A DNA stretch of 64,000 nucleotides from Lobosporangium transversale. Taxonomy: Eukaryota. Made by a program: the position numbers and the translations under genes. The stretch lies in contig NW_019028980.1 in the NCBI RefSeq assembly GCF_002105155.1, positions 1,364,001 through 1,428,000 of the forward strand, given 5' to 3'. The notes under the pieces are model-generated. The model was not told the DNA's origin and ran no database searches. It saw only the letters and a list, made by a program, of their open reading frames with translations. This document shows positions 52,533 to 64,000 of the stretch, one piece after another. Positions within the stretch are counted from its first letter, which is position 1. Every line of letters begins with the position of its first letter.

Positions 52533-55289
52533 GGATCGCTACTTGAACAAAGGGAGCGACAAAAAGTGAAAAATGACGAAAATGACAAAGACGGTTGATC
52601 TTCATCAACGAACGAGAAGATGAAAAAAATAAAAAAATCAGGCTTATAGATATGATATCACTCAACTGACGGAGATGAATCCCACTGTTACTTTCTTGTC
52701 TTATCGTTGCTCTAGGTACTGCCACTCCCGCCGAAACCCGTAATGCCCTTCATCTTCAAGGCTTGAGCCCTGCCAAGGTCGAATCATTCGAAACCCAGAA
52801 GAAGCGTGCACTTGCTCAACTCAGAAGCAAGTCTTCGGACATTGAGAAATATGTCTTCTTGGCTTGGCTCAGGAATACCAATGTCCGTCTCTTCTATGGC
52901 TTGGTTACCGATCAACTCGAGGTAATACTTCTTTTCTTTTTTTTTTTTTTTTTTTTTTATTTTTTTTTAAAGCCATCCTTCCATACCATTTTGTTCTTAA
53001 TGGGGTTTAACAATGGATTTAGAAAAATTGGGGCAATTGATCTACATTATCTTCTAATGAGTACCAGAGGAAAAAAAACAAAAAAACATGAACTAAATGG
53101 AGATGAGAGACCAAGGAAATTACCCGCCAAAGACAAAGACGAATAGTCAATATTGGCATAGTCTTACTGGACAGTTACACCCCCCCCAAGGGGTTATTAC
53201 CCCTACTATTGTTTTCATGGGGCAAAATGGTTTTGAATGAGTGGCAGGCATGTCTCATAAGAAAAAAAAAAAAAAAAAAAAAGTTCCCCGCATACTTCTC
53301 CACCCTTCTCCACCCCGCTCGGAAACTGTAATTGCTGTTCTGGCGACAGCGCCCCTCCTTTCTCCGATCATCGTCCATTGATAGCTTTTAATTGAGCTGA
53401 TGGCCCCTGCCCTCGTAGGAGCGATATATACTTTTATTGTTACGACCACAACTTTATTCTTTCGCATTAGCCCTCCGCTTATCTTTTCACCACAGCAGTT
53501 GGTTTCTAAGCACATAATGGATCTTCCAGTTTAAAGTGTGGAGATGAAAAAAAAAAAAAAAAAAAAAAAAAAAGCCGTCTCATTAATTGTGTGACCATCT
53601 GTCCAGTGAGACCATGCGAGAAAATGTTGTTTTAATTAGCGCGCAGGGATGGGACTGGATACTGATTAATGATTAATGTAGACATTTAGTAATGGCTACT
53701 GCATTTTTGGGAAAATACGGATACATCCTCTCATACCCAGTACCCAGTATAGCTCCTTTCAGACCATTAACCACTCTCTCTACAATCTTGTGTAATTTTT
53801 GCTCACTGAATAGGAAACGTTGCCTTTGATCTACACACCTACTGTTGGCGCTGCATGCCAAAACTACTCTAGTATCTATCCTTTCCTTGCTCCTCCTGGT
53901 CAACCCGACGGCCTCTTCCTTTCCATCAACGACCTCCCCAACCTCAAACAAATCATTCAGAACTATAAGCCCTATCCTCAGGACCCCTCCCTTACTCCCC
54001 AGATTGCAGTCATTACTGATGGTTCCCGCATTCTCGGTCTTGGTGATCTAGGAGTCGGTGGTATGGGTATCCCTGTCGGAAAGCTCCAGCTCTATGTTGC
54101 CGGTGCTGGTGTTGATCCCAGACGTACGTTGCCCATCACCCTGGACCTCGGCACCAACAACGAGGAGAAGCTGAAGGATGAGTTCTACCTGGGCTTGCGC
54201 CAGAAACGTGTTGGTGATGACAAGTTCTTCCCTTTTGTCGATGCTGTCCTCGAGGCCCTCACATCGCTCTATCCAAAGTTGTTGATCCAGTTTGAGGACT
54301 TTTCATCCGAGCATGCCTTCCAACTTTTGGACAAGTACCAGCCCACAAAGTTCTGCTTTAACGATGATATTCAGGGAACTGGAGCTGTCATCCTTGCTGG
54401 TTTCATGAACGCAATCAGCCTGGCTGGCATCCCTGCCAAGGAACACAAAATCCTCTTCTTTGGCGCTGGATCTGCTGCCGTCGGTGTTGCCAAGCAGTTG
54501 GCGGCCTACTTTGTCAATGATCACGGCATGTCAGAAGACCAAGCGCGTGAGATGGTTTGGTTGGTTGACTCCAAGGGCCTGGTCACATTGGATCGGGGCG
54601 ACAAATTGGCGGAACACAAGTTGTACTTTGCACGCAAGGACAACAAGGGTGCCCAGTATCCGGACATTGCCTCTGTGATTGAGCACGTCAAGCCCACTGC
54701 CTTGTTCGGTCTTTCTTCTCAATCAGGCGCCTTCTCAGAAGATGTTCTCAAGTCCATGGCGGCTTTGAATGAGCGACCCATTGTTTTCCCTCTGTCCAAC
54801 CCTGCGTACCAGGCAGAGTGCTCGTTTGAGCAGGCTATGATCCACACTAATGGCAAGGTTATCTTTGCATCAGGAACTGCTTTCCCCAAGTACACTGATC
54901 CCAAGACTGGCCTCATGAGCGCACCAGGTCAGGGCAACAACATGTACATTTTCCCTGGTCTGGGTTTGGGAGGTATTTTGGCCCAGCCTTCGAACATCAG
55001 CGATCGTCTGATCTACTCTGCTGCTCGTGCCTGTGCCAATGCCTTGACTGTTGAGGAGCGTGGGCAGGGTTTGTTGTATCCTGTCTTGCCACGTATCCGT
55101 CAAGTATCTGCTGAAGTTGCTGCTGCAGTCGTTGCCGAGTCTGTGGCTGAGAATACTGCCACGAATGAAGAGGCGATCAACATTGTCAAAAAGCATGATA
55201 GACAGGCTCTTCTTGACTTTGTCACCCGTAATATGTGGACTACAGAGAGCGCTGAGGAGGAGATCAACAGCTTTACTTCTCATTTGTAA
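51799..55289 (+). CDS. Malic enzyme (NAD(P)-dependent malate dehydrogenase, decarboxylating)
   Basis: Exons 51799-52174, 52716-52921, 53814-55289. Motifs PLIYTPTVG, TDGSRILGLGDLG, IQFEDF, FNDDIQGTG, GAGSA, LSNP, GNNMYIFPG. Confidence 0.95.
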
Positions 55290-55831
55290 AAAAAAGAAAA
55301 AGAAAAAGAAAAAGTATTGCAAAAAACAAAAAAAGCATTTGACACAAATCTTCCCTGTATTCATTTAAAGAGCATTCCCCCCCCCCCCAATCGGTCTAAT
55401 AAAGAAAATTAAAAAAAAAAAAAAAAAAACCTTCGAAACTCAATTGAGATCGTCCCGCATGGATGTAAAAAATGCGACTTGTCGAATTCTTGGACTGTGA
55501 AATTTTATTTTTCTTTTCTGTGTGTCTGGCAAGGCTCTCACACCATGTTTGGCATGGGTAAGGAAAGAATTTTGAGTGAGGAACTGAACTGAACTGGATT
55601 TTCTGTATTGATTATACTGTGGCACATTTCCTTTTTTTCCCTTTTTTTAACCCTTCGCCTCTCCCTGCCACCTTCTCACACTTCACACACTTGTGTTCAT
55701 CCATCCTGCCCTCTTATCAAATCCCATCGACGACAATACAATTAATTGCATTTTAATTATATCTTGCACGATTAACAACAAAGTTATTTCAATTGCAACA
55801 CACACAATCAAACAGGCGGATAGGGCATCTC

Positions 55832-57065
55832 ATGCTGACAATCGACCTGAATCAGTCAGATGTTGTCTCGGAGAGGCACCTTCAAACTGTGACTGATGTG
55901 ATGCTTAGGGCAAAAAAGACCATTGTCGTCACGGGAGCAGGCATTTCTTGCAGTAGTGGCATTCCGGTAATTATTTTTATTTTATTTTATTTTATTTTAT
56001 TCTACATATATATATTTTTTTTTTTTTTCGAAACTAAAACAATTCCCCCAATTGCCCAATTTGTTTTAAAAAGTTCATTACTTCCCTTGGCTCTTTGTTC
56101 TGAAATAAGGCTCAACACACTACACAACTTCATGTCATATACCCATGCTCGTGGCACGGAGCATTCAAATAATCGAGCTCTCAGGGTCAGAGCCCTTGAT
56201 CCTCCCTTCCTTTTTCTCACCACATTTTTCTTTTTAAAAAAATTTTTTTTTTTTTTTAAAAAAATACAATACATATATATATATATTGTATTAAAAGATA
56301 TTAATATTAATATTAATACAAGAGCTATTACTTACTCTTTTTTATTATTAACTATCGCGAACAATGTAACCCTAACGCGCGTTTTTTTTTTTTTTTTATT
56401 TTTTTATTTTTTTTTAATACAAATTATCTTTGTTACGTAATTATATATATATGTCGATGTTAGGATTTTCGTTCTGCGGATGGACTATACAATTTAGTCA
56501 AGAAACAATACCCGAAAACTGTTCTGAAGGGCAAGGATCTGTTTGATGCGAATCTGTTCCGAGATTGTACCACAACTGCAGTCTTTTATACTTTTATTTC
56601 AGAGCTGCATGCACAAACCCTGAAGGCAAAGCCATCACCTACACATCATTTTATAAAGATGCTTTCGGAGAAGGGGAAGCTGCTGCGATGTTATACACAG
56701 AACATTGATTGTCTAGAGGAGGAACTTGGGATGGAGACCAAGCTTGTTTGTGAGAAGGGAAAGGTCAAAAAGGATGTCAACGTGGTTCAACTTCATGGCT
56801 CTCTGAGGAAGTTGAAATGCACACTGTGTAGTGAACCCTATGGATTTATAACCGATTACGAAAAGGTCTTCAGAGAAGGAGAGGCACCTGACTGTCCAAA
56901 GTGTGAGCTCAATGGTAATCCGGTTATATGGACAATTTGTTGCTTTTAGAGTCGTAATAGCAATTTATCATTGTTATTATTTATGTTGTTGTTATTAATA
57001 TTGTTATTGCTATTGCTATTGCTTATTATTATTATTATTATTATCATTATTATTATTATTATTAT

Positions 57066-57151
<86 letters not shown>

Positions 57152-57788
57152 TTTATTATATCCTTTGTTATTGATCGCGTATTTTTTATTTTATTTTATT
57201 TTATTTTATTTTATTTTATTTTATTTTTTTTGGTATCTAGATGGAATTCGCGTTGCACAGGGAAAGCGGAAAATTGCTACAGGAACATTACGACCTGATA
57301 TTGTCCTGTACAATGAAAACCACCCGTTTGGGGAAGCCATTGGTAGAATCCAACTGAGTGATTTCCAAAAATCACCCGATGTGCTGCTTGTGATGGGTAC
57401 ATCGCTCAAAGTTCATGGACTGCGTCTGCTGGTCAGGAAAGCAGCCAAGATAGTGCATGCAAACAAGAAGGGATGTGTCATTTTAGTGAACAAGACACCT
57501 GTTGTTGGCAAGGAATGGAATGGTGTTTTTGACTACTTTATTGAGGGTGAATGTGATCACTGGTGTCACATTGTCCAGGATGCACTTCGGAAGGTCAAGG
57601 TGCAGACCAAGCTTCCGTTTAAACCCTTGACGACCGAACAAATGGAGAAACAGAAACAAGCACAGAAGGAGGAAAAGCAGGAGCAGGAGCAATCTTCAGA
57701 TAAGGAGAATTTCATACCATTGAGTCTTTACAAGAAGCAGAAACCAGGAAGCAGGAAGAGGCCGTTTGCAGCCATGATGGGCAAATAA
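55832..57788 (+). CDS. Sirtuin NAD-dependent deacetylase, Hst3/Hst4 type
   Basis: Exons 55832-55966, 56464-56914, 57241-57788. Motifs TGAGISCSSGIPDFRS, YTQNIDCLE, QLHG, two CxxC pairs, LRPDIVLYNENHP, GTSLKVHG. Confidence 0.9.
57024..57150. repeat. Compound (ATT)n(ACT)n microsatellite in sirtuin intron 2
   Basis: Directly visible. Confidence 0.9.
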
Positions 57789-59018
57789 TATAAATGTACA
57801 TGTTTTTCTTTCTCCCTTATTCCTCTTTTTTTTTTTTTTTTTTTTTTTCTTTTTATAATGCATCTTTTGAGAACTCTTTAGTTTGCTCGACCAATATCCT
57901 CTTTATTTCTTTCTTTTCATTACTCCTCTCATCTCTGGCTTTTCTTTTCTCTTCTTTTCAACATTTATAGTACTCAAGGTGCATTCTATTCATAATAAAA
58001 TATAGGACCTAGTCATACCATGTTTTCTTCTTGGAATAAAAGTTGCCTAGGAAGATAGATGTATTGCAGATTACTCGTTGGTTTTATCTGATACATATTA
58101 TTTCTGTCTTATTAATTGAATGTGATTTCAAGATGACAAGACATTTTCTCTAAAGTCTAATCCTGTTAACATGTGCGATTTGCTCACATCTGTGACCGCT
58201 CTCTTGCGGGGCATCAAAATAAACTACCAAAGAAAAAAATTTGGCTTTGTTCTCTTTGAAGCGTATGCACTTTTTTTTTACTTGGCCCTCGCACATCCAC
58301 AGAACTGACAACTAGAATCAAAAGGTCCAATCTAAAAAATCCAAATCAAATTAATCCATTTTTTATTTTTTATTTTTTATTTTTTTTTTTCTTTTTCATC
58401 CTCTCCCTCTCCCTCTCCCTCTCCTCTCTTTACCCTCCTCTCACATTCTTTACTCCTTCACGTCCTATTCTCCTCACCTGCTCGATACCCGTGCTTTACA
58501 TCCCCTTCAAGGTCTCACGTTCTTTTCATATACACGCATTCTCATTTCTGTTTCAACAGAAAAAATTCGTTCGTCCTTTTCATCTTTTTATTTTTTTTTT
58601 TTTGACGAATCAACTTCAGTCTATTCTCTTGTCCCTTTTTCTAAGAAAACAAAAAAAAATTGGATTGAACAACTGATTTTTTCTTTTTCCTTTGTTTGAG
58701 ACGTAAGGAAATCATTGCATTCTTCTGGTGCAATTAATGAAAGAATAATAATAATAGAAATAATAAATCATTTCCACTCGTACCTTCTCCTCCCTTAATC
58801 CGTACAAATTACTGCCCATCCTTCATTTCATTATCATCACTGCGAAACAGGGGGTTTTTTTTTCCCTTTCCCTCCCCCCTTTGATACCTGATTATCCAAG
58901 CTGTAGAGCATCTTTTTTACATTGCATATGCTTTGACAATGGTGGCTGCACTATCGATCGTCTTTTGATTGACATGAATGATCACTGCATGAAGTGTTCC
59001 GTGCACAAGAAGAAAAAA

Positions 59019-59049
<31 letters not shown>

Positions 59050-59315
59050 CTTCTTTTTTTTGGGGTACAGCTTACATGCACATTATTTTTTATTTACACT
59101 CAAAAGTTGAAAAAAAGAGCTTTTTTTTTTTTTTTTTTTTTTTTTGTTCCTTTATCCTTCGTAACGCAGTGAGCTCCCCACTCTTGAACAATCTCTTCAC
59201 TTTGTAATTTATTATTATCTTTTAAAAAAACGTCTAGACCTCAGTTGTTGAAACGTATATCATATTAAACTAACCAATGATCCACACATTTCTAATGTAG
59301 ACCTACGAAACAATC

Positions 59316-60070
59316 ATGCTCAACTGGCAACCACAACCCGAGGGGCTGGCTCAGCTTACTCAGCTTCTCAGGGATTCCATGTCCGCGAACAACACTGTCC
59401 AAACTCAAGTCAGAGAGGTAAATGACATCCATCATGTGCTTTTAAAAAAAAGATTACAATCATGTTCGAGTCATGTCATTGTCCAATCAGATGATGAAAC
59501 TATTTGTGAGACTTGCCTTGTTCTCCCATCATAAGGCTACACGTTGGTTCAGTAGTTGTGACGCCACCATCCATTTCTTATTTCTATTATCACATTGGAT
59601 CATGGAACTAACTTCACTGCTTTATGTGATCATGCTTCATAATCTCATAGCAACTGGAGTCATTCAGAAGTGTCCCGGACTACAACAACTATCTCATCTA
59701 TATCCTGACGCAGATGCCCCAGGAGTTGCCTACTACTCGTGCTATTGCCGGATTACTGCTCAAGACCAACATTCAGTACCACTCTTCCGAAATCAGAGAG
59801 GATGTTCTTGAGTATGTCAAGACCCTGTCCCTTCGTCACCTTGGAGATCCCGATCCAGATGTTCGCAACACTCTCGGAACTGTCATCACGACTATCCTCT
59901 CCAGAAAGTCACTCATGAGCTGGCCCGAGGTTTTGCCACATTTGATGGGATTGTTGGATTCCCAGGATTCTAATGTGGTCGAGGTATGTTCAACTGGAAA
60001 AAAAAAAAAAAAAAAAAAAAAAGTTAATCAAAAGACTTTAATTGGAGATAGATGAGTTCATATGGCCCGT

Positions 60071-60101
<31 letters not shown>

Positions 60102-62931
60102 GACATGATGCAATCTAACACATTTTGCTGCGCTTCCCTTTTCCCATGCAATTGGGATGAATAGGGTTCTTTCAAGGCACTGGCCAAGATTTGTGAAGAT
60201 TCTGGCGATGAACTTGACATGGAGATCAACGGCGAAAGGCCACTAAACTTCATGATTCCTAAAATCATCACCTATTTCCAATCGCCCGTTGTCACCATCC
60301 GTGTCTGTGCCTTGACCTGCATCAATCAATTTATCACGAGAAAATCGCAGTCATTTATGGTCAATGTTGATGCCTTTGTCGAAGGCTTGGGTCATCTCTC
60401 TACTGACACTCATCCTGATGTTCGCAAACATGTCTGCCAAGCCATGGTCATGTTGTTGGAAGTCCGACCTGACAAGCTTATTCCACAGATCAATAATGTT
60501 GTCGAATACATGCTCTACTCTACAAAGGATGATGATGAGTCTGTGGCTCTGGAGGCATGTGAGTTTTGGTTGGCTTTTGCCGAACAGGATGCTCTCAAGG
60601 AACACCTGCGTCCCTACCTGAACCGCGTCATCCCTGTTTTGTTGCAAGGAATGGTCTATAGTGAACTCGACATTATTTCACTTGATGTTGATGACGAAGA
60701 CGCCAATGTGCCTGACCGTGCTGAGGATATGAAGCCTCGCTTCCATCAAGCTAGGACCCACACTACAGAGAATGCCAACTCTGGATCGGCTGATAACGCT
60801 GGAGGAGACGCTGGAGGTATTGGAGATGATGATGAGGAAGATTATGATGAGGATGAGGATGACGACGACATCTATATGGAATGGAATCTTCGCAAGTGCT
60901 CAGCATCTGCTTTGGATGTTCTTTCAGCTGTTTATGGCAACTCCATGTTGGATATCCTCCTGCCCTTGCTTCAAACCGAGCTCTTCCATAAAGATTGGCA
61001 GCATCGCGAGTGTGGTATTTTGGCTTTGGGAGCTGTTGCCGAAGGCTGCATGTCTGGTATTGAGCCCCATCTCCCTACGCTCATTCCCTATTTGATTACT
61101 ACCCTCAATGATCCAAAGGTAAGGAAAATATGCATATTTTTTAGTGTTATTTTTGTTTTTTCTCATGTGAAATGCTCATCTTGCAGATCATTGATTCCTG
61201 CTGCTCTCATTGGTTCTAATTCAATAGTCGTTGGTCCGTGCCATCACCTGCTGGACTTTGGGCCGTTATGCTCGTTGGTGCGTTTACCCTACCAACCCTG
61301 AGGATCGTCCCGTATATCTTGTTCCCTTGATCGAAGGCGTAAGTTTTTTTTTTTTATTTTTATTTATTTATTTATTTTTTCTTGTATCAATGTACACTGA
61401 AAGTAGTATTTGAGTCATAAAAGCTGATGTGATTGGTTTTTTCTTTATTTAATTTTATAGTTGTTGAAAATGGTCAGTGACAGCAACAAGCGTGTCCAGG
61501 AGGCAGGATGCAGTGCTTTCGCTACCCTAGAGGAGGAAGCTTGTGATGCTTTGGTGCCCTACTTGTTCGGCATTCTTAAGACCTTGGTCCACGCATTCTC
61601 GACTTATCAGCAGAAGAACTTGTTAATTTTGTATGATGCTATCGGAACCCTTGCTGACAGCGTCGGAAATGCTCTTAACAAGAAGGAGTACATCGATCTT
61701 TTGATGCCATGTCTCATTGAGAAATGGCAAAAACTCCAGGATGATGACAGAGATCTCTTTCCTCTGTTCGAGGTAAACAAGCTTTTTTTTTTTTTTTTTT
61801 TTTTTTGTTAGATTTTTTTTTGTTAGATTTTTTTTTTTAGATATTTGATTTGTGATGGATTTTTTGCTAACCTACATCATTCAACTTCATTGGTTAGTGC
61901 TTGTCATCTGTCACAACAGCCTTGGGTCAGGGAATTTTTGCCTTTTGCTCCTCCAGTCTTTGAACGATGTGTCAAGATTGTTCACGCAAATCTCATGCAA
62001 GCTCAGATGCACGCCCAGAATCCCGAAATCCCAGCACCAGACAAGGATTTTATGATTGTTGCTTTGGACCTCCTTAGCGGTCTCACCCAAGGTTTGAACA
62101 CCAGTGTGGAGAGCTTGGTTGCTTCCAGCCAGCCCAGTGTGCTCCAGATCCTGAGCGTCTGCTTAGCTGTAAGTAGTAGATGATTGGTTCATGCATAGAT
62201 GCATTACTCATAAGCAACTCTGGCTCACTCGCTTACTCTTCTCCGACGTATCACATCCTTTTTTTTTTTTTTTTTTTTTTATAAATGATAAATAGGATTC
62301 TTCGGCTGAAGTTCGTCAGTCCTCATATGCCTTGTTGGGAGACCTCGCTATTAGCTGCTTCATGCATATTAAACCTTACCTGAACGCATTCATGAATGAG
62401 CTCATTGGACAAATTCAGCCCAATACCGAGCATGTCTCTGTTTGTAATAACGCCGCCTGGGCTGCAGGAGAAATTGCCCTTCAATACGGTGAAGGTATGG
62501 GTGCCTGGGTTCAACCCCTTTTGGAGCGCCTGATCCCCTTGTTGACAACTGAGACCACTCCTAGGACTTTGTTGGACAATTCGGCCATCACAATTGGTCG
62601 TCTTGGATTGGTTTGCCCACAGTTGGTTGGACCTCATCTTGAGATTTTTGCTGAGGCATGGTGCCATACCTGCCGCACCATCCGTGACAATGACGAGAAG
62701 GACACTGCTTTCCGTGGTCTGTGTGCTATGATCCAAGTTAACCCACAGGGCTTGATCAAGAGCCTTGCCCCCTTCTGCGACGCTGTCGCTCAATGGAGTG
62801 AGGTTCCTCATGAACTTGATCAACAGTTTGGAAAGGTAGGGATCCCTGACTGGACTTCATTCAACAACACTAATGCTCCTCTCTATCGTATAATGGATCA
62901 ATACTGATATTCTATTTTCTTTCTCTTCCCC

Positions 62932-62972
<41 letters not shown>

Positions 62973-63080
62973 CAGATTTTGCAGGGTTACAAGAACATGA
63001 TGGGCGCCTCATGGGAAGCCTTCGCTGCCTCACTGGCCCCTGAAACCAGAACTCGTCTTGCCCAGCGCTACGGATTGTAA
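59316..63080 (+). CDS. KAP104: Transportin-1 / karyopherin beta-2 (Kap104) with one apparent frameshift
   Basis: Exons 59316-59417, 59651-59983, 60165-61118, 61228-61338, 61461-61772, 61898-62168, 62296-62835, 62976-63080. Motifs VALEACEFW, acidic H8 loop, [41 protein letters not shown]. One extra base near 61933. Confidence 0.92.
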
Positions 63081-63570
63081 TGAAGCTTGATCATATCAAG
63101 GACCAATGCGTTATCGACGCATTACAAAAAAAAAAAAAAAAAACAGGCATATAGGATAATAACAAAAAAAAAAAAAAAAAAAAAAAGAAAGGAGGAACAT
63201 AAAAAAATTAACAACAACAAAAGGATAACAAAGTGGGTTTTTTCGCATTATTTTTTTTTTTTTTTACATTTTTGGCACTTTTTTTTTTTTTTTTTTTTTT
63301 TTTTGTATTTTGAGAACTATTAACAAGAGGGACTATTAAAAAAAAAGAGGGTTTAATTTCTGGGACAACACACAAAAGGTATTATGTCTGGATGAGTGAA
63401 CTGGTTCCTACATTTATTTTGTAAACTACAAACAAGGCACTTGCATCTTTCTAGGCATAAGAAAAAAGAGGGATTTAGAGACACATGAATAAACAATATC
63501 CATAACTATATATACTATATATACTATATATTTATATATTTATATACAAGTTGACTTTGAGATTAAATGA

Positions 63571-64000
63571 TTAGAATACGTCGGTAGGGTTCCAGCAATA
63601 GCGTGTTTGTTCTCCAGGAAGAGAGTACGCGTCTAATGCAATCATGTCCTAGAATACAATAAGAATAACAATGATGGAATGGAATGGCGTTAGAAAGCAT
63701 GGAAAAAAGGATAAAGAATTGTTACAATACGTCTTTCGGCCTTTTTATTTTCTTGCTTACATTTTGATCGATCTCAAAGGAAAATAGATCAATGTTGTTC
63801 CTGATACGCTCTGGATGAGTTGACTTTGGGATGACAACAGCGCCATGTTGTAAACCCCATCGGAGCAAGATCTGTGCTGCACGCTTTGAATATTCCTTTT
63901 GTCGCAAGGCATCATCATTAATGATAAAGGTTCCTGAAGGATCGCTTGTCGCCTGACCATCAACCTCCATGCTGGAAGAAACATCAGTGGTGGCGATGTT
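63571..64000 (-). CDS. Aldo-keto reductase, 3' part
   Basis: Exons >64000-63761 and 63648-63571. Reads AQILLRWGLQHGAVVIPKSTHPERIRNNIDLFSFEI...RYCWNP. Confidence 0.88.

Noticed and set aside
2050..63635. Scattered ACGCGT (MCB-like) sites in intergenic DNA
   Set aside because: Isolated single copies without clustering at one promoter; no specific regulatory claim is supportable.

Overview
Intron-rich eukaryotic (fungal) DNA with very many long poly(A)/poly(T) tracts; gene content and style suggest Mortierellaceae (inference). Hand-spliced host genes, in order: a 5'-truncated RNI/LRR-like ORF, complex I 17.8-kDa-type subunit, IDO (gamma type), an orphan disordered protein, a Rab11-like GTPase, a CAMK-group kinase, an ~11.9-kb gene-free stretch, a CSL transcription factor, a Voa1/Big1-like protein, a polyQ SSXT-domain protein, a kelch-TM protein, malic enzyme, an Hst3/4-type sirtuin, transportin and the 3' end of an aldo-keto reductase. 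The most notable part is a ~3.9-kb decayed accessory insert (33.0-36.9 kb) that the ORF track shows only as fragments. It holds a relic of a herpesvirus-UL9-like origin-binding helicase, then a frameshifted, intron-containing Fanzor/TnpB-type nuclease gene (RuvC D-E-D and a CxxC still readable), then three tandem stem-loops where an omegaRNA would be expected. All family assignments come from motif recognition, not database searches.
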